Below are positions 1 through 8,165 of a stretch of 64,000 nucleotides of DNA, one piece after another. The position numbers and the translations under genes were made by a program. Position 1 is the stretch's first letter, and each line of letters starts with the position of its first letter. The DNA lies in assembly GCA_002422165.1 (NCBI GenBank), contig DITQ01000010.1, positions 56,595 to 120,594 on the forward strand, given 5' to 3'. The stretch comes from Candidatus Pacebacteria bacterium UBA6180 (GTDB lineage Bacteria; Patescibacteriota; Microgenomatia; UBA1400; PJMF01). Under the pieces are notes generated by a model, which saw only the letters and a program-made list of their open reading frames with translations, was not told the DNA's origin and searched no databases.

Positions 1-274
1 TCATTGACCAGGATAACTAAGAAGCTGTTGTTGCTGCTACTACCAGTGACGATCAGTTCTTCTTCTGCAGTGAAAAAATCTTCTTCTGGATTATTGATCA
101 CTAATTGTGAACTTTCTACCACCGCTGATTGAGTACTTTGTGGATTGTTGATCAATTGATCAGTAAGATTGTTCTGGCCAATCTTGGCGCGCTCCGAATT
201 TTGGTAAATACCAAAAGTAATCATGAGACCAAGAGTGATGCCGACAAAAACTGCTAAAAGGATTTCTTTACGCA
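1..274 (-). CDS. Hypothetical secreted or membrane-anchored protein; start codon in window (RC of 272-274), 3' end beyond window start
   Basis: Manual minus-strand translation from ATG at 274 gives MRKEILLAVFVGITLGLMITFGIYQNSERAK... with no stop before position 1. It has an N-terminal hydrophobic segment. It is absent from the ORF track because it lacks an in-window stop. Confidence 0.4.
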
Positions 275-328
275 TATTTAAGCTAAGAGAGAGTATCTTA
301 GGGCAATTATACACAAAAGTCAAAGATT

Positions 329-494
329 TTTAGCTGAATATCTAGATTACAGTCATACTCAACTAAAAACTTAGCTTCATTTTAACTAACAATCTTTTTT
401 TCGTTCGACGAAGTCGACGTCAACTTGCTATTTTATTTTGTTACCCCTTTTGCCCGCCGACTTCGACGGACTGTAATCTAGATATTCAGCTATT
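329..494. repeat. MITE-like or cruciform element: 24-bp perfect inverted repeats (331-354 and 469-492) with nested inner IRs (about 405-419 and 455-470)
   Basis: tagctgaatatctagattacagtc at 331-354 is the exact reverse complement of gactgtaatctagatattcagcta at 469-492. Inside, cgacgaagtcg and cgacttcg arms also pair. The element lies in the divergent intergenic region between the minus gene starting at 274 and the plus gene starting at 541. Confidence 0.6.
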
Positions 495-540
495 TAATTA
501 ACTTCGAAATTTTACAAGTTTATGTTACACTCTGAAGCAT

Positions 541-1197
541 ATGCAAATCACTTATCACGGTCATTCTTGTTTCAAGCTCAAGGGCGAATTGGGGAGTGTG
601 GTGCTTGATCCTTTTGACGAAAAAGTGATGGGTTTTCCACTCGCCAAACTTAGTGCTGAGTTGGTGACCATCTCTCACAATCATGACGATCATAACGCTA
701 AGGATAAGGTCAAAGGCACTTCCAAGCGCGAGAAGCCTTTTATCATTGATTTTCCCGGTGAATATGAAGTTGGTGGGATTTCTGTTTTTGGTACCAAGAC
801 TTTTCATGATCAAGTTGGGGGCGCCGAGAAGGGCAACAACATTGTTTTTAAGATTTTAATTGATGGCTTGTCTGTTTGTCATTTGGGTGACTTGGCTCAC
901 CAGCTTGATGAGAAGCAGTTAGACTCCATCGGCATGGTAGATGTCTTGTTTTTACCTGTTGGAGGGCCTTTTTCCCTGATGAACGAAGAAGCAATTAAAG
1001 TTGCCAACGCCATCAGTCCCAGTATCCTGATTCCTATGCACTACAGTGACAGTGCCTATCCAAGTGACACCAGGGTTAAGCCGCTCGAGCAGTTTTTACA
1101 GAGTTTCGGCGTGACCTTAGAACCAGAAGACAAATTAATCGTCGAAAAAGATCGCTTGCCAGAAGAAATGCAATTAGTAGTGCTGCGCCGCAGCTAA
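541..1197 (+). CDS. Metallo-beta-lactamase-fold metal-dependent hydrolase (UPF0173-like)
   Basis: The N-terminal MQITYHGHSCFKL and HNHDDH motifs are typical of small MBL-fold hydrolases. Length is 218 aa. Confidence 0.6.
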   Translation: MQITYHGHSCFKLKGELGSVVLDPFDEKVMGFPLAKLSAELVTISHNHDDHNAKDKVKGTSKREKPFIIDFPGEYEVGGISVFGTKTFHDQVGGAEKGNNIVFKILIDGLSVCHLGDLAHQLDEKQLDSIGMVDVLFLPVGGPFSLMNEEAIKVANAISPSILIPMHYSDSAYPSDTRVKPLEQFLQSFGVTLEPEDKLIVEKDRLPEEMQLVVLRRS

Positions 1198-1210
1198 GGC
1201 TAAAATCAAA

Positions 1211-2530
1211 ATGTCCAACGATCCCAAAATTCCTCCTCACGATCTCGATGCTGAGCGCAGTGTTTTGGCGGCGATTTTGATCGACAAAGACGCTATGATC
1301 AAGGCGTCCGAAATCCTCAAGCCAGAATCCTTCTACAGTCGTGCTCACCAAGTGATTTTTTCTGCCATGATCGAGCTTTACGACAAGCGCATGACTATCG
1401 ATGTCATCACCCTTAAAGATCAGTTGACCAAAGACAAAAACATTCGCACTGCTGGCGGAGTATCTGGCATTAGTCAGTTGTCCAATTTGCTGTCGACTGC
1501 GGCCAACGTTGAAAATTACGCTAACATGGTCAAGGAGAAGTATGTCAAACGCGAGCTAATCGCTTTGTCCAATGAGGTTGGCACCTTAGCTTTCGATGAG
1601 AGCAAGGAAGTCAACGAAATTCTCGACAGTGCTGAGCAGCAAGTGCTCGCCATCTCTCAAACTCATGCTCGCCGTGACTTTTTACCGATTAAGCAGACCT
1701 TAGTGGAGAGTTTTGATCGTTTGGACGAGCTGCAAAAGAGTGGGGGGCAATTGCGTGGTTTACCGACTGGTTTCTCTGATCTTGACAGAATGTTGGCTGG
1801 TTTGCAGAAGTCCAACCTAATCATTCTTGCCGCCCGGCCAGGCACTGGTAAAACTGCCTTTGCTGTCAACATCGCTCAATACGCTTCAATCGTAGCCAAG
1901 AAAAAAATTGGTATTTTCTCTTTGGAAATGAGTCGCGAAGAATTAGTGGATCGTCTGTTAGTGGGTCAAGCCGACATTGATGCTTGGAAGCTCAAAACTG
2001 GCCGCCTCTCACAAGAAGATTTTCTCAAGATCTCTGATGCGATGGGTGTTTTGGCAGAAAGCAAACTTTTTATCGACGATACTCCAGGTTTAAGCATCTA
2101 CGAAATGCGCACCAAAGCGCGCCGTCTAATGATGGAGCAAGATATCGATTTGTTAATCGTCGACTATTTACAGCTAGCTCATGGTCAGAATCGTGAGAAT
2201 CGCGTCCAGGAAGTTGGTGAAATTTCCCAGGGTCTCAAAAACATTGCTCGTGAGCTCAAAATTCCAGTTTTAGCTTTGGCACAGTTGTCGCGTGCGGTCG
2301 AGCAACGTGGTGAGAAAGCACCACAGCTTTCGGATCTTCGCGAATCAGGTTCGATTGAACAGGATGCTGACGTGGTGATGTTTTTGTATCGTAAAGATGA
2401 TGATCTACGCGAATCAGTGACCCTCCGCATCGCTAAGCACCGCAACGGTGGGCTGGGGGACATCGAACTTTACTTCAAGGGTGATCGCGTCAAATTCTTT
2501 GGCATGGAAAGTCGCAGTCATAATCAGTAA
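1211..2530 (+). CDS. dnaB: Replicative DNA helicase DnaB
   Basis: It has the N-terminal ERSVLAAILID motif and Walker A ARPGTGKTAF. Other DnaB-family signatures are DLLIVDYLQL, LAQLSRAVEQR and RESGSIEQDADVV. Confidence 0.9.
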   Translation: MSNDPKIPPHDLDAERSVLAAILIDKDAMIKASEILKPESFYSRAHQVIFSAMIELYDKRMTIDVITLKDQLTKDKNIRTAGGVSGISQLSNLLSTAANVENYANMVKEKYVKRELIALSNEVGTLAFDESKEVNEILDSAEQQVLAISQTHARRDFLPIKQTLVESFDRLDELQKSGGQLRGLPTGFSDLDRMLAGLQKSNLIILAARPGTGKTAFAVNIAQYASIVAKKKIGIFSLEMSREELVDRLLVGQADIDAWKLKTGRLSQEDFLKISDAMGVLAESKLFIDDTPGLSIYEMRTKARRLMMEQDIDLLIVDYLQLAHGQNRENRVQEVGEISQGLKNIARELKIPVLALAQLSRAVEQRGEKAPQLSDLRESGSIEQDADVVMFLYRKDDDLRESVTLRIAKHRNGGLGDIELYFKGDRVKFFGMESRSHNQ

Positions 2531-2554
2531 AGCAGAAACTCAAAAGCACGCACT

Positions 2555-2788
2555 TCAAGCGTTGCCAATGCCGAATAACAAGTAAATCAAACCTCCAGAC
2601 AAGAGCAAAAACATGGTGAAAAAACCCAAGTTGGCTTTGAGCTTATTGCTCTGTAGATTATTACTTTGGTTGTCTACGCTAACAATGATGACGAGGGCAA
2701 TCACTAGCCAAATACCACCTCTTACTACCACTGACCAAATGCTGTCAACGGCGAAGGATTTGATGACTAGATCACGAATAGCATCCAT
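2555..2788 (-). CDS. Small two-TM membrane protein (hypothetical)
   Basis: The 77-aa product has two hydrophobic helices. The overlapping plus-strand ORF 2613-2843 looks less protein-like. Confidence 0.3.
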   Translation of the reverse strand: MDAIRDLVIKSFAVDSIWSVVVRGGIWLVIALVIIVSVDNQSNNLQSNKLKANLGFFTMFLLLSGGLIYLLFGIGNA

Positions 2789-2858
2789 AGTTTACCAATA
2801 TCATGACGGATTTTTGAAGCGTCGACAAGTAGCTTTAGCATGATAAAATATTTGCCTT

Positions 2859-3638
2859 ATGAGCACGGCTATTTTTAATCCAATAGATATGATGGTGATA
2901 GCTGATTTTGATGGCACTTTTACCAAGAAGGAAGTGCTTGGTAAAAAAACCTCATCGCTTATGACAGTTCTTGTCAACGAGAAGTATTTGGGTAAGCAAG
3001 GTACTAGGGATTGTCAGGCTCTTTTTGAACACTATTACCCAATTGAAATTGATCCTCATTTGCCTCAGCCAGAAAAAGCCATTTTGATGCACGAGTGGTG
3101 GTATAAAACCTTTGAAGTTTTGAAAAAATCCGGTTTGACCAGAGAGATGTTGCTAGAAGTATGTGATTCGCCTCTTTTGGCCTGGCGCGATGGTTTATTG
3201 GATTTTTTGAGATTATTAGAGCAGCAAAAAATTCCCTTAATTATTTTTTCGGCCGGTGGTTTTGGGCAATTGGCTATTGAATATTTGCTGTCTAAAATTG
3301 GCCTATTTGGTCCCAATGTTCAAGTAATGAGCAATCGTCTTGTTTTTGATGATCAGGGGAAATTTGTGGAGATTGTCGAACCAATCATTCACATCGCCAA
3401 TAAAACTAGCGAGGTTTTGATCAGAAATGGTTTGCTGCCCATCAAGCCGGAGCGCCGCCAGTGCTTGTTGATCGGCGACACCCTCGAAGATGACCAGATG
3501 GTTCAGGGTTTAGATTTTGAACTGATACATAAAGTAGCTTTCGCTGGTCACAATGATGCTCATTTCGAAGAGCGCTTCGATTTGGTTTTGGGAAAAGACG
3601 CCGGTTACGAGCAGATTAGTGCTTTAATTAGTTCGTGA
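2859..3638 (+). CDS. HAD-superfamily hydrolase (5'-nucleotidase-like)
   Basis: The N-terminal DFDGT motif is HAD motif I, with a later GD motif. Length is 259 aa. Confidence 0.5.
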   Translation: MSTAIFNPIDMMVIADFDGTFTKKEVLGKKTSSLMTVLVNEKYLGKQGTRDCQALFEHYYPIEIDPHLPQPEKAILMHEWWYKTFEVLKKSGLTREMLLEVCDSPLLAWRDGLLDFLRLLEQQKIPLIIFSAGGFGQLAIEYLLSKIGLFGPNVQVMSNRLVFDDQGKFVEIVEPIIHIANKTSEVLIRNGLLPIKPERRQCLLIGDTLEDDQMVQGLDFELIHKVAFAGHNDAHFEERFDLVLGKDAGYEQISALISS

Positions 3639-3728
3639 GCTAGTTTAGACAATATGCAGGATTAGACTTGCAGCGAAAATAGGGTAGAATATAGCTCGTC
3701 CGCAAACTCAATATTTGATTAGTTTTTA

Positions 3729-3812
3729 GCCGAGATGGCGGAATTGGTAGACGCGTAGGTCTCAAAAACCTATGAAGGCAACTTCATGAGGGTTCGATTC
3801 CCTCTCTCGGCA
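3729..3812 (+). tRNA. tRNA-Leu (anticodon CAA), long variable arm
   Basis: gccgaga...tctcggc forms the acceptor stem. A GG-containing D-loop is present. The anticodon loop ctCAAaa reads CAA. A long variable arm and a GGTTCGATTCC T-arm follow. CCA is not encoded. Confidence 0.85.
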
Positions 3813-3868
3813 CCGCCAAGTTTGCGAAGCAAACCTGGCTAGTCCTCGAAGAGGGCGCGATACGGTTT

Positions 3869-4663
3869 ATGCTACCCATCATTCTCGACCTGCCATTTTT
3901 CCGTCTCAAATCTCTCGCTCTTTTGGCTTTTTTAGCAGCTTTTTTTTCAGCTTTCATCTTTTGGCGCAAAGGCAGAGAGGAGCACTATGATACTTTGGAA
4001 ATTTTTGATGCTTTTCTTGCCTCTGGAATTTTTGCTTTTATCGTTGGCCGTTTGGCTTTTGTGGCTTTTCATTTTAGTCAATTTAGCGGCAACTTTTGGC
4101 AGGTTTTCAATGTTTTTGAAAAATCTGGCAATGAACCAATGGTTGCTCTCGCTGCCGCCACTTGGTTTATTTATCGGCGTGCTATCAAAAATAAATGGGA
4201 TGCTTTTGAAATTTTGGATTTTTACGTGACGGCCATCAGTTTAGGAATGGCTTTTATTTATTTTGGCTTTTTTCTCGACGGCAGTTACGGCGGTACTTTT
4301 ACCAAGTTGCCTTGGGGAGTGATTTCTGTGGGAACTTTTGAAAAGACTCATCCAGCTCAACTTTATTCTCTTGCTTATTATTTGTTTGCTTACTTCTATC
4401 TTAGCAAGATGGAGTATCGCTATCGTACCCTTGAATGGTATCGCAGTGGTAAAAAGACTGCTCAATCTGGTTTTTTATTTAGCACTTTTTTGATTTTAAC
4501 TGGTTTTTTTCACATGTTGACTCAGGGCACCCGTTTGCCTAGCTTTTTTGTGAACGGTCTAACTCTCGACTATTTTATTTACTTGGCTTTATTGCTGTTT
4601 GGCGCAGTCTTGCTTTTCAAGCGTTCTGGACGCACTTTTATTAAATTTTCTAGAAAATCATGA
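3869..4663 (+). CDS. lgt: Prolipoprotein diacylglyceryl transferase
   Basis: The polytopic membrane protein carries the Lgt-like signature HPAQLYSLAYY (compare HPTQLYE) and G-rich loops. Length is 264 aa. Confidence 0.65.
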   Translation: MLPIILDLPFFRLKSLALLAFLAAFFSAFIFWRKGREEHYDTLEIFDAFLASGIFAFIVGRLAFVAFHFSQFSGNFWQVFNVFEKSGNEPMVALAAATWFIYRRAIKNKWDAFEILDFYVTAISLGMAFIYFGFFLDGSYGGTFTKLPWGVISVGTFEKTHPAQLYSLAYYLFAYFYLSKMEYRYRTLEWYRSGKKTAQSGFLFSTFLILTGFFHMLTQGTRLPSFFVNGLTLDYFIYLALLLFGAVLLFKRSGRTFIKFSRKS

Positions 4664-5514
4664 CAGCGCAAATTATTTATGAAGATCGCGATTTACTAGT
4701 TTTAAATAAAGCCAGCTTCGTCGTGGTCAATCGCGCTACTACGGTTCAGGTTTCCACTTTGCAAGATTGGTTTGTCAATCGCTTCGGCGAAGAATTTTTT
4801 ACTGAGGAGTTTTGGCAAGCGGAAACTGGCTGGCAAGAGTTGATTCCTGCCGATTTCGACTCAAGCTTTGGCCAGCCATTACAAATCTGGCAGGAGCGCT
4901 TGGGGGTAGTTCATCGTCTAGACAAAGATACTAGCGGCGTGTTGGTGATGGCCAAAAATCCCGGTGCGCTGCTGCACTTGTTAGCGCAGTTCAAAAAGCG
5001 CCAGACCAAAAAAACCTACTTAGCTCTAGTGCATGGCAAATTGGCAGAAAAGAGTGGTCAAATAATCGCGCCTTTGGCCAGAAATCCCCACAATCGTCTC
5101 AAGTTTGCTATTAGCGATGGTGGTCGACCAGCTGTCACTAATTACATAGTCAAACAAGAATTTAGTCAGCTGCGGGAAGATTTTTTGCTAGAATTGTCCG
5201 ACCAGCACCACCTGCGTACCAAGAAAATCAAAGAGCTGTATCAAGCAGGTTTTTCCCTGCTTGAGTTGTCACCTGAAACTGGTCGCACTCACCAAATTCG
5301 TGTTCATATGTTGGCAGCTGGTCATCCACTAGTAGCGGATCAGCTCTACGTTGGTAAGAAACGTGCTCAAGTGGACACGCTTTGGTGTCAGCGTCAGTTT
5401 TTGCACGCTAGTGTGCTTGAGCTGACTCACCCTCGAAGTGGTGAGCGCCTAAAACTTGAAGCGCCTCTGGCGACTGATCTAGAAGCCTGTTTGCAAGAGC
5501 TGATTCAAGCTTGA
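4660..5514 (+). CDS. RluA-family 23S rRNA pseudouridine synthase (RluD-like)
   Basis: The catalytic motif HRLDKDTSGVLVMAKN is present, and the C-terminal HQIRVHM motif is typical of the RluA family. Confidence 0.85.
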   Translation: MTAQIIYEDRDLLVLNKASFVVVNRATTVQVSTLQDWFVNRFGEEFFTEEFWQAETGWQELIPADFDSSFGQPLQIWQERLGVVHRLDKDTSGVLVMAKNPGALLHLLAQFKKRQTKKTYLALVHGKLAEKSGQIIAPLARNPHNRLKFAISDGGRPAVTNYIVKQEFSQLREDFLLELSDQHHLRTKKIKELYQAGFSLLELSPETGRTHQIRVHMLAAGHPLVADQLYVGKKRAQVDTLWCQRQFLHASVLELTHPRSGERLKLEAPLATDLEACLQELIQA

Positions 5515-5533
5515 TTTTTGACTTGTCCTACGC

Positions 5534-5539
5534 TATAAT
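5534..5539 (+). promoter_or_regulatory. Candidate -10 box (TATAAT) for the phosphoribosyltransferase operon
   Basis: A perfect TATAAT sits about 260 nt upstream of the 5801 start. The upstream TTGACT is only 10 nt away, so the -35 assignment is doubtful. Confidence 0.35.
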
Positions 5540-5670
5540 CAAGTTACATTAAAAACAGTAATTAAGAGTGCGAAAAGACGTTTAGTTTTTCGTATTCCCA
5601 AGTAACAAACTCGACCGAGAGATCGAGGGGACACCAAGTGAATAAGAAAAAGTGGGCGTCTTTTTTTATT

Positions 5671-5775
5671 TTTTCGGACCCTCCTTTTTTGAGAAACAAA
5701 AAAGGAGCAGGTACGAAAAATGCAAAGCGAATTTCGGACCCTTTGGTCACGAAAGACGCAACGGGTTTTCGGAAA
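5671..5775 (+). repeat. Tandem ~32-bp imperfect-palindrome repeats (locus A): GGTACGAAAaATGCAAaGCGAATTTCGGACCC x2, plus a partial half-site and a 10-bp-stem hairpin at 5683-5708
   Basis: Unit 1 (5710-5741) differs at only 2 of 32 positions from the reverse complement of the unit at 59184-59215. Unit 2 (5744-5775) is a degenerate copy. The half-site ttttcggaccc lies at 5671-5682. Each unit has half-sites GGTaCGAAA and TTTCGgACC around a 13-nt spacer. Confidence 0.75.
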
Positions 5776-5800
5776 GTATTAGACGAAAAAAAGGAAAACT

Positions 5801-6397
5801 ATGACCTTTCAGACAGACAGCTTCACAGGCGACGACGCCAAATACATCACGCCTAGCTGGGATCAGCTGGATAGCTTGACTTTGCACGTGGCCAAGCAAA
5901 TCAAAGCGGCCCAGTTGCATTTCGACCTAGTGGTCGCTTTAGCCAAGGGTGCCTGGCCGATGAGTCGTTCGCTGGTTGATTATTCAGGTATCAAAGAACT
6001 GGCTAGCTTGGGAGTCAAATTTTATAAGGGCATTAACAAACGCCTAGACAAGCCAGAAATTTATCAAGAATTGCCTACTTCGGTTCAGGGCAAAAGAGTA
6101 CTGGTCTTCGACGATGTCGCCGATAGCGGTGAATCACTGGCTTTTACCCTCGATTATTTGCGTCAAGCTGGAGCTAAGGACATCAAAACTGCCACTTTGT
6201 TTTTTAAACCTTGGTCGGTTTTGACCCCAGATTTTTATGGTGAGACAACTGAAGCCTGGATTATTTTTCCTTTCGAAAAGCGTGAAATGATCGAATTATT
6301 GACCAAAAACTGGCGAGAGCAGGGTAGAAGCAAAGAAGAAATTTTAGCCAGATATCAGCAGTTAGGTTTTATGGAGGTTTACGACAGTGTCTGTTGA
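5801..6397 (+). CDS. Phosphoribosyltransferase (purine/xanthine PRTase-like)
   Basis: The PRPP-binding motif VLVFDDVADSGESL is present. Length is 198 aa. Confidence 0.7.
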   Translation: MTFQTDSFTGDDAKYITPSWDQLDSLTLHVAKQIKAAQLHFDLVVALAKGAWPMSRSLVDYSGIKELASLGVKFYKGINKRLDKPEIYQELPTSVQGKRVLVFDDVADSGESLAFTLDYLRQAGAKDIKTATLFFKPWSVLTPDFYGETTEAWIIFPFEKREMIELLTKNWREQGRSKEEILARYQQLGFMEVYDSVC

Positions 6398-7292
6398 ACT
6401 TTTTAATGCAAGCAGAATTCAAGTCGAGCAGCAAGCTCGTATTCAACGCCGCGAAACCCTGCGAGATATTCTCAGAGAAATTTCTTTGCTCATTGTTAAC
6501 ACAGGTAATGATGCTAAGGCTCTAGCAGCTCTTCAACTTGCACAGGCACTTGTAGATCCAGAGCTATCTGTGATAAATGGTAATGTTTTGCAACTTCCTT
6601 CAAAGAAAGATGAGCCAGCAACAGTGCGCGCTGAGGATGTGGCCAGATACAAGGCAGAAACTGCTCGACATGAATATATAGAGGAATATTTTCCAGAACT
6701 AAAAATTTTGCTTACTGCTGTTCAAATTGCTTTACGTAATGATAATGATCAGCTTTTACAGCAACTTATGATCAGTATCACCAATCTTTTGCATGGCAAA
6801 GTGTTTGTGGGAAAAGATGTCAACGCTTTTGTTAATGGAGTGCAGCACCACAAGTTGGAGCGTCGTTATGGTGTAATTTTACCTGAATTCGCTTATGAGG
6901 AACTGCGACGAGATCTATATGAAACCTATGTTTTTCCCGAAAATGGAGTGATAAAAGTTACCTGGGAAATTGCTTCTGTTTACATTAATGGTAAAACTAG
7001 GGGGGCTGTTGATTGGGTGGAGGTCGTTTCCTTACCACTTGATAGAGAATTGGTAGATCATTATTTAGCCAAAGCAGTCCAGGACGGAAAAGTTCTAAGC
7101 TCAAACACTCATATTGCGGCCTTTGAAATGCTTTGCGAACATACGGAACGAATGCTAAGCATCGCCTTGGTATCCAAAGAAATGCTTCAGCAGGGTTATA
7201 CAATTGCTCACTTTCGCCAGTCTCCCAAGCCAGAGTTGCTCGCTGCTGCCAAAAAATCTATTAAAACCAATGTGTCGGTTTACGTGCAATAA
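6387..7292 (+). CDS. Hypothetical protein, translationally coupled to the upstream PRTase (GTG start overlapping by 11 nt)
   Basis: The 301-aa product has no motif I recognise. It is a same-strand overlap. Confidence 0.45.
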   Translation: MSVELFNASRIQVEQQARIQRRETLRDILREISLLIVNTGNDAKALAALQLAQALVDPELSVINGNVLQLPSKKDEPATVRAEDVARYKAETARHEYIEEYFPELKILLTAVQIALRNDNDQLLQQLMISITNLLHGKVFVGKDVNAFVNGVQHHKLERRYGVILPEFAYEELRRDLYETYVFPENGVIKVTWEIASVYINGKTRGAVDWVEVVSLPLDRELVDHYLAKAVQDGKVLSSNTHIAAFEMLCEHTERMLSIALVSKEMLQQGYTIAHFRQSPKPELLAAAKKSIKTNVSVYVQ

Positions 7293-7493
7293 TTTCCATA
7301 GTTTAGTCCCTTGATTTTTGGCCCAAGCCCTTTACAATCAATTCTATGTTTAAAGCTGCTTTTCATTTTCAGCTCTCTTACGCCACTCTCTAATTGTTTT
7401 CTAGTTTTTTGCGGAGCGATTTTTTAGTCGCTGCTTTTCTTTTTTTCTTGCACACTATTTATTATTTTTGAACTCATAGAAAGAACATTTTTT

Positions 7494-8141
7494 ATGCAAC
7501 CTACACAATCTTTTGCCAAAAGCTCGCGCGCTCACAAGCTCGACTTGCTTTTGGCCATCTACATCACCTGCGTGGTGGCGGCCGAGCTGATGGGGGCCAA
7601 AACCTTTCCTTTTTTGTGGCTCAATGCTTCGGTGGCGATTTTTACTTTGCCGATTACCTTCATCATCAACGACGTGGTGACTGAGGTGGAAGGGCGGGCG
7701 AGAGCGCTTAATTTCATGCGCAGCACTTTCGTGATCCTGCTGCTTCTAGCGGCTTTCAATGTTCTGGCGCTCAGTTTGCCACCAAGCACTAGAGCCGCCG
7801 CCTTCGAGCCGGCCTACCAAGAGATTTTTGGCAAATCACTACGTATTACTCTGGCTAGCTTGGCTGCTTTTTTCGTGGCTGAGCGTTTGGATATTTTGAT
7901 TTTCAGTCAAATTCGTGCCAAACTTAAAAACAGCGGCTTGTGGTTGCGTAGTAATGCCTCCAATATCATCAGTATGTTTTTTGACACAGTGATCTTTATG
8001 TTCCTGGCTTTTTTCGAGCCTGGCCACGCTGCTTTTGTCTGGTCGCTGGTTCTGCCATACTGGGGACTGAAGTGTCTCTTCTCGATGGTCGAGACGCCGG
8101 TGACCTATTTGGCAGTGCGCTGGCTAAAAAATACTAAATAA
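7494..8141 (+). CDS. VUT/YhhQ-family membrane protein (putative queuosine-precursor transporter)
   Basis: The polytopic protein carries a PITFIINDVVTEV motif resembling the YhhQ/DUF165 signature. Confidence 0.5.
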   Translation: MQPTQSFAKSSRAHKLDLLLAIYITCVVAAELMGAKTFPFLWLNASVAIFTLPITFIINDVVTEVEGRARALNFMRSTFVILLLLAAFNVLALSLPPSTRAAAFEPAYQEIFGKSLRITLASLAAFFVAERLDILIFSQIRAKLKNSGLWLRSNASNIISMFFDTVIFMFLAFFEPGHAAFVWSLVLPYWGLKCLFSMVETPVTYLAVRWLKNTK

Positions 8142-8165
8142 CTTATATTAACCCTAAAGGAAAAA

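Noticed and set aside
2613-2843. 76-aa plus-strand ORF overlapping the 77-aa minus-strand membrane ORF
   Set aside because: The minus-strand product has two clean hydrophobic helices. The plus-strand product is Leu/Arg-rich without features, so it is likely the shadow ORF.
5515-5545. TTGACT as the -35 box for the PRTase promoter
   Set aside because: Spacing to the TATAAT is only about 10 nt, not 16-18. Only the -10 is retained as a candidate.
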